DNA of 64,000 nt from Candidatus Bathyarchaeota archaeon (GCA_963782525.1 CAWAKC010000012.1:1-64000); one strand, 5' to 3'. Positions 41,456 to 52,274 are shown, counted from the stretch's first letter. A program made the numbers and translations. Notes: generated from the letters alone by a model not told the origin.

Positions 41456-42801
41456 TAAGGATACCTCACTGGAACGTATGAATTAGTTGTCGAGTTGTAG
41501 ATGTATGGTGTAGATGCAGGTGACGTGAAGCCTACTGGATAAGCGGGTGTTAGCGTTGCAGAAGTGTTTGTTATCCCTGTATCATTAAGTGGCGTCTTCG
41601 AAGATATACCGTTCATTCCGTACTCTTGCCAATTGTAGTAGATGTCGACTGTGTTTCCCCAAACGTACGTGTAGACGTTCATTGGAATTCCATAGTAGTA
41701 GCTTTCGCTGCCGCCACCCCAATTGTGAGCCATTGCATAGTTGAAGTAGTCGGTGCCCTGTCCCCACGGATCATCGATTGCGCTGTCAACGTAGTAATTC
41801 TCTCCTCCGCCTCCATGCACGTCTGAACCATGAGAGTAGTGTCGTCCACCAACTTCTTCCCAAGCAACATGCCATTCTGTCCAAGAGTTGACTAACGTGT
41901 CTCCATAGTTGTCATTATGGGCATATGCATTGAAAGTCACTGGATAGTAGTAAGGTTCTGAATTTATGACGATATGGTAGGGCGTGCTAATATCGTAAAA
42001 TGGATATGATCCAGTATTTCCACAGTAACCTAATTGATCATAAAGCTGACCGCTCATGCCATAAATGTACACGCTTGATACGTAGCAATAGTAAGATCCC
42101 CAGTCATCTGCGCAAACCCAAGAGATAGTTGGATTTGTGTGAATTGTGTAAGACTGTGTCGGAGTTGCTGAAACGTCTGCCAAGGGACTGACTTCTATAG
42201 CGCTTTCACCAGAGTTGGTACTATCGCCAGAAGCAGTCATTACTCGATAATGCGAGCCGCCAGGTCCAGCAGCCACGTAGATAACATGGCTTGGATTACT
42301 GACCTGATAGAAATAAGAGGATGATATACCGTTTATGGAAGTCAAGCGACCAGCCCACCATTCTGATAAGGTTTCAGCTTTCACATACTCGCCGAGTGAA
42401 TCGTATGATGGAGAATTTGTATCATCTACTGAAAAAAAGGTTTGGTAGCTTTGAGTATTTATAGGCATTATTTGACCCAGGCAGTGCGGATTTCCATAAA
42501 AATAATAATCATGTTGATAACCGTAGCCAACCTGTGCGTTCCAGTTCCATGTGATATAATTGTATGCATATTGGTAATTTAGATCATATTGAGCCGTCAT
42601 GCCTAGAAGCGCCACGCAATCGTCGCTATACTGCCAATCCGTATGGTCGCATTCAGAGTAATAATCAGGTCCAGGAAATCCTACGGTAGCCGACCAATCT
42701 CTCTGGAAATCTGCTTTTACTTCACCTGCAGACATAAGTAGGGTTATTGATAGTAATGTCGCAATAATGATAGCTGAGACTGTTTTTGCATTTTTCTTCA
42801 T
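41455..42801 (-). CDS. secreted Tyr/Trp/Gly-rich protein
   Basis: Signal peptide (..VKA), conspicuous Tyr enrichment; TAATG coupling to the next gene. Confidence 0.75.
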   Translation of the reverse strand: MKKNAKTVSAIIIATLLSITLLMSAGEVKADFQRDWSATVGFPGPDYYSECDHTDWQYSDDCVALLGMTAQYDLNYQYAYNYITWNWNAQVGYGYQHDYYFYGNPHCLGQIMPINTQSYQTFFSVDDTNSPSYDSLGEYVKAETLSEWWAGRLTSINGISSSYFYQVSNPSHVIYVAAGPGGSHYRVMTASGDSTNSGESAIEVSPLADVSATPTQSYTIHTNPTISWVCADDWGSYYCYVSSVYIYGMSGQLYDQLGYCGNTGSYPFYDISTPYHIVINSEPYYYPVTFNAYAHNDNYGDTLVNSWTEWHVAWEEVGGRHYSHGSDVHGGGGENYYVDSAIDDPWGQGTDYFNYAMAHNWGGGSESYYYGIPMNVYTYVWGNTVDIYYNWQEYGMNGISSKTPLNDTGITNTSATLTPAYPVGFTSPASTPYIYNSTTNSYVPVRYP

Positions 42802-43095
42802 TAATCATCACTAGTTCTTTTCATTTTCTGTTCTCATTAGCTCTTCTCTTAGAGCCAGGCGGTGACACGCCCCCAAGCAGTGTAGCTTGGATGGTTTTCT
42901 TTATCGAAAGAAAAGCTTTTAGGGTTTATTATGAAATAATATTCTTAATATTAATTGTATTATTTTTTAAAACAATTTCAAAAAAAACGTTGGTCAACCA
43001 AAAGTTGAGGGAAAGTAATTAATATCTTGAGATACAATATACCCGTTGGGCAGGACTTCAAAGCAGTTAGCGAGGCATAACGTGAGGGGTATGTT

Positions 43096-43464
43096 GTGCG
43101 TTTAGAAGAGTTTATGGCCGGTAGCAGAGAGCGAGCGGTTAAGGCGTCTTTAGATTTAATCATACTTCACTTACTGGCTAAGAATGCTATGAGCAGTTAT
43201 GAAATAAACAAAGCCTTAATCAAAAAATTTGGTCTAATAATTGGTCCAACCACGATTTACTCCAAGCTATCTACACTAAAAAGCAAGAACTCCTAAACTG
43301 TTCAGTAATCAGGTCAGGCAAAGTTTACTACTTGACCGAGGAAGGAAAACAATTAGAAACAAATACTCAAACAGTAATAGATGATGTTCACAGCTACCTA
43401 ATCAACAGGTTGTCGAAACAAACGCTGAAAAAAGACGAAGCTAAGCCTTTTTGATGTAGCTTAG
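43096..43464 (+). pseudogene. PadR-family regulator, frameshift in an A-run near 43280
   Basis: LDLIIL.LL...MSSYEI..I..KFG..GPTTIYS.L; KVYYLTEEG in the next frame. Confidence 0.75.
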
Positions 43465-44778
43465 GGCTTCTTCTACGGTTTGGAAGCCGTATTTGACACC
43501 GCTGAACTCTTTTTTGAGCGCCAACACATCCACCTTCACCTGTGCGGGTGTACGTTTGCTCTTGATTACGTCGAGCATGAGATCGCAGAGGTGTTTAACG
43601 TCGCCTTCGCCAAAGCCGCACCGTGTTATGTCTTGGAAGCCTATTCGCAGACCCGAGGGATCGGCTTTGCTGCTTTGGTCATCGTAGGGGAGCAGGTTTT
43701 TGTTTAGGATGATGTTGGCGTCTTCGAGGTCTTGGGCGATCTTGTTGCCGCCGCCGAAGCTGCGGATGTCGACCGCGAGTTGGTGGCTTTTGGTGAAGCC
43801 TTTATGCTCGGCTAATACTTTGACGCCGTTTTCATAGAGGTACTGCCCTGCGGTTTGGGCGTTCTTAACAATTTGTATCGCTAATTCTTTGCCGAATACT
43901 TTCATTTCTAAGCAGGCTATGCCCAAAGCGGGGAGTCTGCCTAGATGTGTGCTGGATGCTGTTAGGGGGAAGACTGCATGTTGTATTTTTCGCACGGCTT
44001 TCTCTTTAGCGGGTGTATCTGGATTGCCCATGATTACGCCGCCTTGTGGACCTGGAAAAGTCTTGTGTGTGGAACTGGTGATGAAGTCTGCACCTTCACG
44101 GAGGGGATCCTGGAATTGGCCGCCAGCGATTAACCCCAGTACGTGGGCTGCATCGTATGCTATATAGGCGCCTACTTCGTCGCAGACTGCTTTTAGCTCT
44201 TTTATGGGATGCGGAAACAGAAAGAGGCTGCCGCCGAAGGTAACTATGCCTGGTTTCGCAGCGCGGATAACATAGGCTGATTTGTCAGCGTCTATGTTGA
44301 ATTCGTTGATGTCGTAAACGTGGTTTATGTTGTCGATGCCAAGGATGCTGCCTGCCAACCCAGTGTAGTCGTGGCTTATGTGGGCGCCGCAGGATAGTGG
44401 GGTGACAACCATCTTGTTGTTTTTTGATGCCAATGATAACCCTTTGAAGGTGGCTGTGTTGGCGTGGGTGCCTGAAATTAAGCGGACATCTGCCCAAGTG
44501 GCGCCAAAGAGGCTTTTGATGGCGTCGGTTGTCAGGTTCTCGATTTGGGACATATACTTTTGCCCTTGATAATACCGCTTTTTGACATGGCCAACAGCGT
44601 CATTTTCGCCTTCAGCATAGCGGGTGGCTAAGTCGTGGCTTTGGTCGAGCATTTGGCAGACGGCGGGGGATTTGATTCCTTCGCTGGCAATCATATTTAT
44701 GCATTCTTTGCCGCGGTACTGCTCATGTTTGCGCGTGGCTTGTACTATGTCTCCGACTATGTTGGGCAGGGCTTCCAT
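43441..44778 (-). CDS. glyA: serine hydroxymethyltransferase (archaeal type)
   Basis: INMIASE, RYAEG, GAHISH, YDAAHVLGL, SSTHKTFPGPQGG. Confidence 0.95.
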   Translation of the reverse strand: MEALPNIVGDIVQATRKHEQYRGKECINMIASEGIKSPAVCQMLDQSHDLATRYAEGENDAVGHVKKRYYQGQKYMSQIENLTTDAIKSLFGATWADVRLISGTHANTATFKGLSLASKNNKMVVTPLSCGAHISHDYTGLAGSILGIDNINHVYDINEFNIDADKSAYVIRAAKPGIVTFGGSLFLFPHPIKELKAVCDEVGAYIAYDAAHVLGLIAGGQFQDPLREGADFITSSTHKTFPGPQGGVIMGNPDTPAKEKAVRKIQHAVFPLTASSTHLGRLPALGIACLEMKVFGKELAIQIVKNAQTAGQYLYENGVKVLAEHKGFTKSHQLAVDIRSFGGGNKIAQDLEDANIILNKNLLPYDDQSSKADPSGLRIGFQDITRCGFGEGDVKHLCDLMLDVIKSKRTPAQVKVDVLALKKEFSGVKYGFQTVEEALSYIKKA

Positions 44779-45072
44779 TTGGTTTCCTCACAAGTTAATC
44801 ACGGAATTGGGATTAGCAGTATTTAGCCGTTACTAAAGCCAAAATAAGGTTTTAAGGGGTTAAAAACGGCTAATTCTGATTTTCTGTCTCTCATTTTCGG
44901 TAAACGAACGAGACTGTGTAAAAAGTCAGTTCGGATTTTGAAAATTGCTTCATTGTTGTTAAAAGCCGTTTTATCAGCCATTGCTTTTTGCGAGCAAATC
45001 AGCAATTTTTTGAAAAGCAATTGAGTTATCACACAGTCTCGAACGCTCAGTAAATGGGGTTTTCATTTGGAG

Positions 45073-45399
45073 TTAAAGCATCTGGTCAATGTAATGTGGC
45101 TCAGGCGTATGCTTTATCCAAGGTCTGCGGGCACCTTCGTTGTCCCAGTAAATGCAGCACATCCGCGAGGTCACAAACACCAATACGTTCGCGTTGTTGC
45201 AGAATTTTTTTCCAGTAACCGTCTGTTTGGTGCCGGGCAGAGTTATGAGGTCTGCTTTTTTTGCTCTCTCCATGTCTTCGTCGTTGTCTGGGTCGATTCC
45301 TCCTTGGCTGTTTAACTCTTTTGGGTCGATGGATACCTCGTCCTTTGTTATGTATAGGCAGTTATAGCAGTTAGTTCCCACTATGGGTTGTTTTTCCAT
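45073..45399 (-). CDS. Cys-containing hypothetical protein (possible Fe-S binder)
   Basis: CYNC..FC..CCIYW; divergent from the DtxR-feoB operon. Confidence 0.7.
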   Translation of the reverse strand: MEKQPIVGTNCYNCLYITKDEVSIDPKELNSQGGIDPDNDEDMERAKKADLITLPGTKQTVTGKKFCNNANVLVFVTSRMCCIYWDNEGARRPWIKHTPEPHYIDQML

Positions 45400-45493
45400 G
45401 AAAAGCTCCCACTTATGGGGTTGGTTTGGAGTGATTTATAGGTTGTTGGGAGTGAGCGCTGGTTTTGCTGCTAGTGTTGCACGGGTATTATTT

Positions 45494-45549
45494 TTTAGGC
45501 TTACCTAAACCTTTATATGATATAATGAAGAAATTTAGGCATACCTAAA
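45494..45549 (+). promoter_or_regulatory. two DtxR/SirR-type operators flanking the TATA box
   Basis: TTTAGGCTTACCTAAA (45494-45509) and TTTAGGCATACCTAAA (45534-45549); TTTATAT at 45512. Confidence 0.88.
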
Positions 45550-45567
45550 AAACAAGTCGGGATCAAA

Positions 45568-46287
45568 ATGGAGCAAAAAACAACCCAAGACTACCTCAAA
45601 GCCATCTACAGCCTAGCAAGAAACGGAGACCTAATCAGCAACAGCGAAATCTCCCAAAAACTAAACGTAGCACCAGCCAGCGTAACCGAAATGCTCAAAA
45701 AACTATCCGAAGAAGGCTACGTAAAATATTCACCCTATCACGGCAGCACCCTCACCGAAAAAGGGCTCCAAGAAGCACAGAGAGTGACAAGGAAACACCG
45801 CTTGCTCGAAATCTTCCTCTCCGATATTTTACACATTGGAAAAGACAAAGTCCACAAGGAAGCTTGTCAATTAGAGCATGCCCTCTCAGACGAAGCAGAA
45901 GAGTCCCTGTGCCGCCTGCTAAAACATCCAGATACCTGCTCCGATGACGGCAAAACCATACCTGCCTGCGATTTGCCCTTCTCGAACTGTGAAGAATGCA
46001 TTCAACTCCACAGTCAAGGTCTAGAGGAAGTGGGAAAAAGAAAAGAAAACTTAGTTGCATTAAGCGAGTTGAAAAGGGGGCAATCAGGCAAAATCTCCTT
46101 CATTAGAGGCGGTCATAACGTGCTTCAGCGGCTCTTAGATATGGGGTTAGTACCCAGTACAAAGATAACTCTGTTGAAAGCGGCGCCGTTTGAGGGACCT
46201 ATCGAGGTTTTGGTGCGAGGATCAAAATTAGCGCTCGGCAGAGGTATCGCATCAAAAGTTTTCGTTGAAGTTGAACATAAGAGTTGA
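45568..46287 (+). CDS. DtxR/MntR-family metalloregulator with C-terminal FeoA domain
   Basis: QDYLKAIY, ASVTEMLKKL, RKHRLLE.FL, EAC.LEH, RLLDMG..AP..GP..VRG..LALG. Confidence 0.93.
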   Translation: MEQKTTQDYLKAIYSLARNGDLISNSEISQKLNVAPASVTEMLKKLSEEGYVKYSPYHGSTLTEKGLQEAQRVTRKHRLLEIFLSDILHIGKDKVHKEACQLEHALSDEAEESLCRLLKHPDTCSDDGKTIPACDLPFSNCEECIQLHSQGLEEVGKRKENLVALSELKRGQSGKISFIRGGHNVLQRLLDMGLVPSTKITLLKAAPFEGPIEVLVRGSKLALGRGIASKVFVEVEHKS

Positions 46288-48281
46288 GGAGGTTACAAAC
46301 TTTGTCATGCCATCCCAAAGTCAATTCGAAGGGTCTAACATCCAAAAAAAACCCGAAACAATTGACTTTTGCGCTTGCAGGAAACGCTAACGTGGGCAAA
46401 AGCGTAATCTTCAACCAACTCACGGGATCAAATCAGATAATCGGTAATTGGCCCGGAAAAACCGTGGATCGTGCAGAGGGTACATTAAGTTATGAGGGCT
46501 ATGAAATAAAAATTATAGACTTGCCGGGAATCTACTCGTTTTCGACATTTTCTATGGAGGAACTTGTTTCAAGAGACTACATTGCTCTTGAAAAACCCGA
46601 CGTGGTCATAAACGTTGTTGACGCTTCAGTTTTGGAAAGAAACTTGTTTTTTACCCTGCAATTGCTTGAAATGCAGGCGCCCCTGGTCTTATGCGTAAAT
46701 CAAGTGGATGTTGCCAAAAGCAAGGGCATGATACTTGACAAGGAAAAGTTGCAGCAAGCCCTTGGTGTGCCCGTCGTTTTTGTGGTGGCAACTCGGGGCG
46801 AAGGCATCTATGAACTCATGGGTGAAGCCGTAAACGTTGCCCTGTCAAAACCAAAAACCAAGAGGCTAAGATACCACCTAGACATGGAAGAAAGCATAGA
46901 AAAACTAAAACAGATTATAGCAAAAGCCAACCTTTCACTCCAGTATCCACCCCGTTGGCTTGCGATAAAACTGCTTGAAGGAGACACCGAAATCGTCAAA
47001 GCCGTATCAGCCCAATCAAGAGCAGTCATCGATTCTGCCTTAGCCATATCAAAAGAAATGTCTAGTAAATGTCAAGAAGCGTGCTTCTCTCTTATCGCTT
47101 CTGAGCGGTATGCGCTTGCAAGTTCCATCGCCGCTTCTGCTCTCCAGCAAAGTGAAGTAAAGAGCACTTTCTCTGAAAAACTCGACTGGTTAACCACCCA
47201 TAGAGTGCTGGGATATTTTACGTCTGTGGGAATAATTGCTGGGTTGCTGCTTTGGACATTTTTTATAGGGAATGGGCTGTCTAATTTGATTTCAAGCGGC
47301 TTAAGCTTCATTAAACCAATTGACCCCACTTTATCCGCCTCCCAACCTATTCTGTCGATTGTTTTGAACGGTGTTTGGGGCGGATTCAACGCTGGATTAA
47401 CCTTGATTATACCCTTCGTCATACCGTTTTACCTACTGCTGGCTTTGGTTGAAAACTCAGGCGTCCTCACCCGCGTAGCCTTCGTGATGGATAGCGCCAT
47501 GCACAAGATGGGCTTACACGGCAAAGCCCTAATCCCGATAATTTTGGGTTACGGCTGTAACGTGCCTGCGATTCAAGCCTGCAAAATCATGGAGACCCGA
47601 CGCGAGCGATTACTGGCCGCGTTCGCGATTACTTTTGCGCCGTGTTCCGCCCGAACCATTGTGCTCTTTGGCATGGTGGGCTTGTTTGTTGGCATTCAGT
47701 GGGCGCTGTTGCTCTATGTGGTTGATGTTGCCGTAATCTTCGCGTTAGGCAGAATCGCTATGAAAGTGGTTCCGGGCAAATCGACGGGGTTGATTATGGA
47801 GATGAGCAGCTTCAAAATGCCCTCGCTTAAAGTTGTGCTGAAGCAAACGTGGGCCAGAACCAAATCAATCATCTATATAGTGTTCCCGATTTACATCATT
47901 GGCAGCGCACTACTACAAGCCCTCTACGTTTACAACGTGTTAACGCCCATCAGCAATGCACTCTCGCCCTTGACGGTTTGGTGGCTGGGCTTACCCGCCG
48001 CTGCAGGAGTCCTCCTCATATTGGGCACCGTACGCAAAGAATTCGTGCTCCTTGGCGCCGTTGCAATTTTTGGCACCACTAACTTGGCACTGTACTTCTC
48101 ATCCGTTCAGCTGGTGGTGATGGCTTTGGTGGCGATGCTCTACATCCCCTGTGTGTCAACTGTGGCGATTCTGGGAAAAGAATTCGGTTGGAAAGCCGCA
48201 GCAACCATATCGCTGGCAAACATTGCTGCAGCAGTGTTAATTGGTGGAATGGCATTTAGGCTGCTGACTCTATTTGTCTAA
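46284..48281 (+). CDS. feoB: ferrous iron transporter FeoB
   Basis: [36 protein letters not shown]. Confidence 0.95.
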   Translation: MRRLQTLSCHPKVNSKGLTSKKNPKQLTFALAGNANVGKSVIFNQLTGSNQIIGNWPGKTVDRAEGTLSYEGYEIKIIDLPGIYSFSTFSMEELVSRDYIALEKPDVVINVVDASVLERNLFFTLQLLEMQAPLVLCVNQVDVAKSKGMILDKEKLQQALGVPVVFVVATRGEGIYELMGEAVNVALSKPKTKRLRYHLDMEESIEKLKQIIAKANLSLQYPPRWLAIKLLEGDTEIVKAVSAQSRAVIDSALAISKEMSSKCQEACFSLIASERYALASSIAASALQQSEVKSTFSEKLDWLTTHRVLGYFTSVGIIAGLLLWTFFIGNGLSNLISSGLSFIKPIDPTLSASQPILSIVLNGVWGGFNAGLTLIIPFVIPFYLLLALVENSGVLTRVAFVMDSAMHKMGLHGKALIPIILGYGCNVPAIQACKIMETRRERLLAAFAITFAPCSARTIVLFGMVGLFVGIQWALLLYVVDVAVIFALGRIAMKVVPGKSTGLIMEMSSFKMPSLKVVLKQTWARTKSIIYIVFPIYIIGSALLQALYVYNVLTPISNALSPLTVWWLGLPAAAGVLLILGTVRKEFVLLGAVAIFGTTNLALYFSSVQLVVMALVAMLYIPCVSTVAILGKEFGWKAAATISLANIAAAVLIGGMAFRLLTLFV

Positions 48282-48292
48282 AACTTTTTTCT

Positions 48293-48697
48293 TTAGATTA
48301 AGTACATCAATATGTATACTATTTCTCCTGAGAGGAATGCAAACCACCATATCGGAAAGAGAATCTTGGCAAGTTTGCCGTGCCATTTGCTCGATGTTTT
48401 CCGTCGAACTAGTAAAATTCCGAGGGCGAGAACTGCAATTTCCAAAGCCATAACTATGACTGCGATTGCACCGTGGATTCCAAAGTAAACCGTCAAAATT
48501 GGGGTCATCGTTATTGTTACGGTGCGGAGTAGCATGTAGCCGATGGACAGGGATAAGTCCCATACGATGGCTATTGCGCCTGTGACTGGATGGATGCTTT
48601 TTTTGCCTCTTCCGCTTAGATAAGCGTGGACGAAGAGGAATGCTACGGGAATTAAGCCTATTGCGACTATTGTGCTTTCAAGGGGAGCATTGGTCAT
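48293..48697 (-). CDS. four-TM protein (DUF420-like)
   Basis: Four TM helices with conserved-looking His residues. Confidence 0.6.
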   Translation of the reverse strand: MTNAPLESTIVAIGLIPVAFLFVHAYLSGRGKKSIHPVTGAIAIVWDLSLSIGYMLLRTVTITMTPILTVYFGIHGAIAVIVMALEIAVLALGILLVRRKTSSKWHGKLAKILFPIWWFAFLSGEIVYILMYLI

Positions 48698-48739
48698 GGT
48701 TTTTGCCTTTTGCTGGTATGGGGAGTTTGCGGTTGCTAA

Positions 48740-49555
48740 TTAAGTTGGTGACGCCTTTTCTTCAGATTTATTTGGAGCATCGACAATTTTTGCTATCGCA
48801 ACCGCGCCAGTGAGGACACTGTTGTTTAAGAAAACTATCTCTTTACCTGAATCTAAAAGTACGGTAGTGTGAAAACCGGTGAGTTCTTTGACTGTGCCTT
48901 GCTCATTCATGTAAGAAGTGATTACTCTGTCGCCTACCCCGTAATGCAGTCTACTTTCGAATGTAGGCTCAGGCTTACGTACAGACGTTATGATTACTCC
49001 GCCCGATGCGACGGCACTATTTGGAATAGTTATTTGCCCCACATCAGTTCTTATACGCATAACAAGAGCAGTCATGTCGACTACTTTTCCAGGCACGTTG
49101 TTCACCATCACATCTTCACCAATCTTGAACTGGTAAGTGGTGAAGACCAGGGCGCCTGAGAGTATACCGCCGACGAAGGTTGAGATGACCAAGCCGACAG
49201 TAACCGAGATGATACCGGCACTAGTTAAAAGCGTAGAAAGCGGCACACTAAAAAATCCTAAAACAACAAACAATACGACGAGAACCGCAAGCACGAAGGA
49301 GAAAAACTGAATTATTGTCGCTACCTGAAGCCCAATGAAAGGCGTCAAGAGCGCTTTAACACGGCGTAAGAAGAGGAGTACGACTGAAGAGAAGACGAAA
49401 ACTATGCTTATATCGGCTAATCGATGCAAGAAGGTAGGCAAGTTTATGGCTCCGGCAATAAAAAGTTCAAAGAAAGCTATGGTGCCAGCAGCTATGATTA
49501 CAATGAAGATTAGGAAAGCCGCCAGTTTTTTGAGTGAATTAAAGATACTTGCCAA
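48740..49555 (-). CDS. MscS-family mechanosensitive channel
   Basis: Three TM helices, FKIGEDV, G.V..M..L..R..ITIPN; second MscS beta-domain copy. Confidence 0.82.
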   Translation of the reverse strand: MASIFNSLKKLAAFLIFIVIIAAGTIAFFELFIAGAINLPTFLHRLADISIVFVFSSVVLLFLRRVKALLTPFIGLQVATIIQFFSFVLAVLVVLFVVLGFFSVPLSTLLTSAGIISVTVGLVISTFVGGILSGALVFTTYQFKIGEDVMVNNVPGKVVDMTALVMRIRTDVGQITIPNSAVASGGVIITSVRKPEPTFESRLHYGVGDRVITSYMNEQGTVKELTGFHTTVLLDSGKEIVFLNNSVLTGAVAIAKIVDAPNKSEEKASPT

Positions 49556-49766
49556 AGTAATTCTTCCTGTGCACTATTGTCGAGGGTATTTCTATAGTTT
49601 TCTAAGTAGCGGCATCAATGTTAGCAACTATTATATTGAATAGTAGAGTACTCTAAACTATGAGCGATAGAGCTCCGAATTGTCCTTGCCCAAAAAAAGA
49701 TTGCCCACGCCATAGCAACTGCACAGAATGCGTACGCCATCATAAAGAAAAAAATGAAAATCCATA

Positions 49767-50024
49767 TTGCGCAAGGTAACCTTCATGGTCAAATGTTCAG
49801 AGGCGGAAGCGCGAAAGCAACGGGAAAAAATCCAAGCGCACTTTTGGAATATCGTTGGTGCAACCGAGCACATTAACATACCTAAACTGGAAGATGCCAT
49901 AAAAAAGGAATTTAATACCGATGACGACAGGTTTGTTCAAGCACAAATTAGGCTTATGCAGACTGAGTCGAGGGTAAGAGTGCAGAACAAAGTGAAAGTT
50001 TGGATAAAACAGTCAGAAACCTAA
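49767..50024 (+). CDS. hypothetical protein
   Basis: ORF with plausible composition; start uncertain. Confidence 0.55.
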   Translation: MRKVTFMVKCSEAEARKQREKIQAHFWNIVGATEHINIPKLEDAIKKEFNTDDDRFVQAQIRLMQTESRVRVQNKVKVWIKQSET

Positions 50025-50146
50025 ATTCTACCGGCTGTTTGGCGGTTCGCAACAGGTTCCACAACCACCTGAGTTCATGCGTGACTTTTCACGACTGGCA
50101 GTTAACGGCAAGTTGCCACAATAATTTACCTTAGGCACAGTGCGTT

Positions 50147-50217
50147 AGAAGTTGTTGTTGTTGTTACAACTGCATTCTGCACACCTGGTTGCAACAACAA
50201 TCAAAGACAAACCCAAA
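50147..50217. repeat. dispersed hairpin repeat, copy B
   Basis: Aligns with the reverse complement of 12829-12896. Confidence 0.8.
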
Positions 50218-50302
50218 AATCGGCAATTGCGTGTCTGCAAGAAGACAGAAAAAAACTTAAATGCTTAAACGTCTGCTCCTCTCAACATAGGAAGATGCAG
50301 AA

Positions 50303-50890
50303 ATGCAAGCGATAGGTATTATCTTATTATTAATCAGTATAGGAACAGTCGTTGGTCCCGTTGGGGCAGTAGCAATCGTTTACCGTGACGACCTATCACA
50401 GCTTGTCATAACGCCACAAATTAGAGACATCATGAACGGTAACAGCAACATCTTCCCCCAAAGCAACAACGGCAACCAAAACAGCAATGGCGATTCAGGT
50501 CTTGGCGGATTGATGAGTCCAACTTTTGTAAGCGCTCAAAGTGACATAATAACCCAAACGTTTAGCGCTGTTTTCAGTGTCACTAACAGCTACAACTATG
50601 ACTTGACACTAAACAGTTTTAGCGCCAACGCACTAATTACTCAACAACAGATATCAGCCGGCAGCATAAGCCTTGCCAACCCCGTCACGGTTCCTGCTGG
50701 CCAAACTTCCCAGTTAACCCTTACGGGGCAGTGGACACAACAAGCCCAAGAATATATAATAGCTAACTATCCTACCTCGACATCAATCGACATTTTCGTT
50801 AAAGATGTAACGATAAACATCAACGGGATAACAGTCGAGTCTTCGGGCACCATAGAAGTTGGGAATGTCCCGTTTAGCATAGTAGGGTGA
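50303..50890 (+). CDS. membrane-anchored LEA_2/Ig-like protein
   Basis: N-terminal TM; V.N.Y.YDLTL..V.VPAGQTS.L pattern. Confidence 0.7.
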   Translation: MQAIGIILLLISIGTVVGPVGAVAIVYRDDLSQLVITPQIRDIMNGNSNIFPQSNNGNQNSNGDSGLGGLMSPTFVSAQSDIITQTFSAVFSVTNSYNYDLTLNSFSANALITQQQISAGSISLANPVTVPAGQTSQLTLTGQWTQQAQEYIIANYPTSTSIDIFVKDVTININGITVESSGTIEVGNVPFSIVG

Positions 50891-51483
50891 GTTTATTGTA
50901 CAACAAAATCAACATCCTCGCTTTGATTGCTGGAATATCAACCTTCATTCTAATAGTCGTCTCGATTTTTGTCCCATGGTGGCAACTGGCAGTTGGAAGC
51001 CCAGCGTTCGCCTCCGTTAACGTTTCTCCCGTTAACTTGAACCTTGACCTTTTAGGCAACGTCTTCACGATTCCAATAATTTACGCGTTGAATATAGCCA
51101 GCGCACTAACGTTAGCTGCCGGCGGCATAATTATGCTCATCTACTCAGTCAGGCCTAACCGAACCTACTCGAACAAGTTGCTTGGGTTCGGATACAAAAA
51201 ACCACTCTATGCAGTGATCCTCTTCATCATTTCAATGTTTGGGTTAAGTTATCTGGTGCAGAGATTTTCAGGTTTTGCTTTTCCACTGTTGGGTTCAAGT
51301 TCCCTCTCGCTTCCGCAGGGTATGGCTCCTGATGGCGTAAACATCAAAGTTGCTGTTTCAGCAGGGTTCGGGTGGCCGTTCTATTTTGCAATAGTGGTCG
51401 CAGGATTATGTGTTGCTGCGAGGCTCTACCATGGAAAAGTAAAGGTGGACACGGCGCTACCGCCTCCACCGCCTCAACAATAA
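50887..51483 (+). CDS. four-TM membrane protein
   Basis: PWW motif, multiple TM helices, GFGWPFY; overlaps upstream stop. Confidence 0.75.
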   Translation: MSLLYNKINILALIAGISTFILIVVSIFVPWWQLAVGSPAFASVNVSPVNLNLDLLGNVFTIPIIYALNIASALTLAAGGIIMLIYSVRPNRTYSNKLLGFGYKKPLYAVILFIISMFGLSYLVQRFSGFAFPLLGSSSLSLPQGMAPDGVNIKVAVSAGFGWPFYFAIVVAGLCVAARLYHGKVKVDTALPPPPPQQ

Positions 51484-51640
51484 ATTAAACTTGATAAGCT
51501 GGGAACCAGAAAACATCTCTAATTCCCAAAAAAGATCGGAGTTAACAAGCGCCAACACAACAGTTTAGCAAACAATTCAGTTAACACTTGGTAAAGTTAT
51601 AAATAAAACATCTACCAATATATCACGTAGGTTTTCTTGA

Positions 51641-52024
51641 TTGTTTATTTCCAACAAGCCATCTATACTAATCATAGATGACGATACAGCCATTCTGAGA
51701 ACTTTCACAAAGATTTTTCAGCTGAAAGGCTTTTGCGTAGCAGTTGCAGAAAAAGGCAAAGAAGCCATGGAAAAAATAAGCAGCAGTCACTTCGACGTTG
51801 CGTTGATTGATTTATGCCTCCCCGATATGGAGGGAACCGCACTTTTCCCATTAATCCGCCGTACCTCACCCAATACAGTAAAGATTGTGCTCACAGGAAA
51901 AATGCTCGGGCAAAACAACATCGAAGGCGCAGATGCCCTTCTGGGAAAACCCATTGCCCCAGACGAACTGTTAAGCGTAATCGACAGCAAACTAAAGAAG
52001 AGAAATATGGAAATCAGTGTGTAA
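51641..52024 (+). CDS. stand-alone response-regulator receiver
   Basis: ILIIDDD, ALIDLCLPDMEG, LTG, KP. Confidence 0.9.
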   Translation: MFISNKPSILIIDDDTAILRTFTKIFQLKGFCVAVAEKGKEAMEKISSSHFDVALIDLCLPDMEGTALFPLIRRTSPNTVKIVLTGKMLGQNNIEGADALLGKPIAPDELLSVIDSKLKKRNMEISV

Positions 52025-52274
52025 TGCGAATTTACCTTGGAAAATATTAGCGGGACTTCACCGAACACGACTACATGTTGAAATCAATGGTGAGCCAGTT
52101 GCGTCTGTTTATAATAAATGGGTTACGCTTGGAGATGAAATCGGCGTTTCAATCACAGGTGCATAGATCATAGGGTAATCTTGGATACAGTAATCGTTAT
52201 CGAACATGTCGAGGTCACTGAAAGGCAAAGAAATAGTTCGTGACCAATAAAAATTTTTGCGTTTTAAGTTAGAA

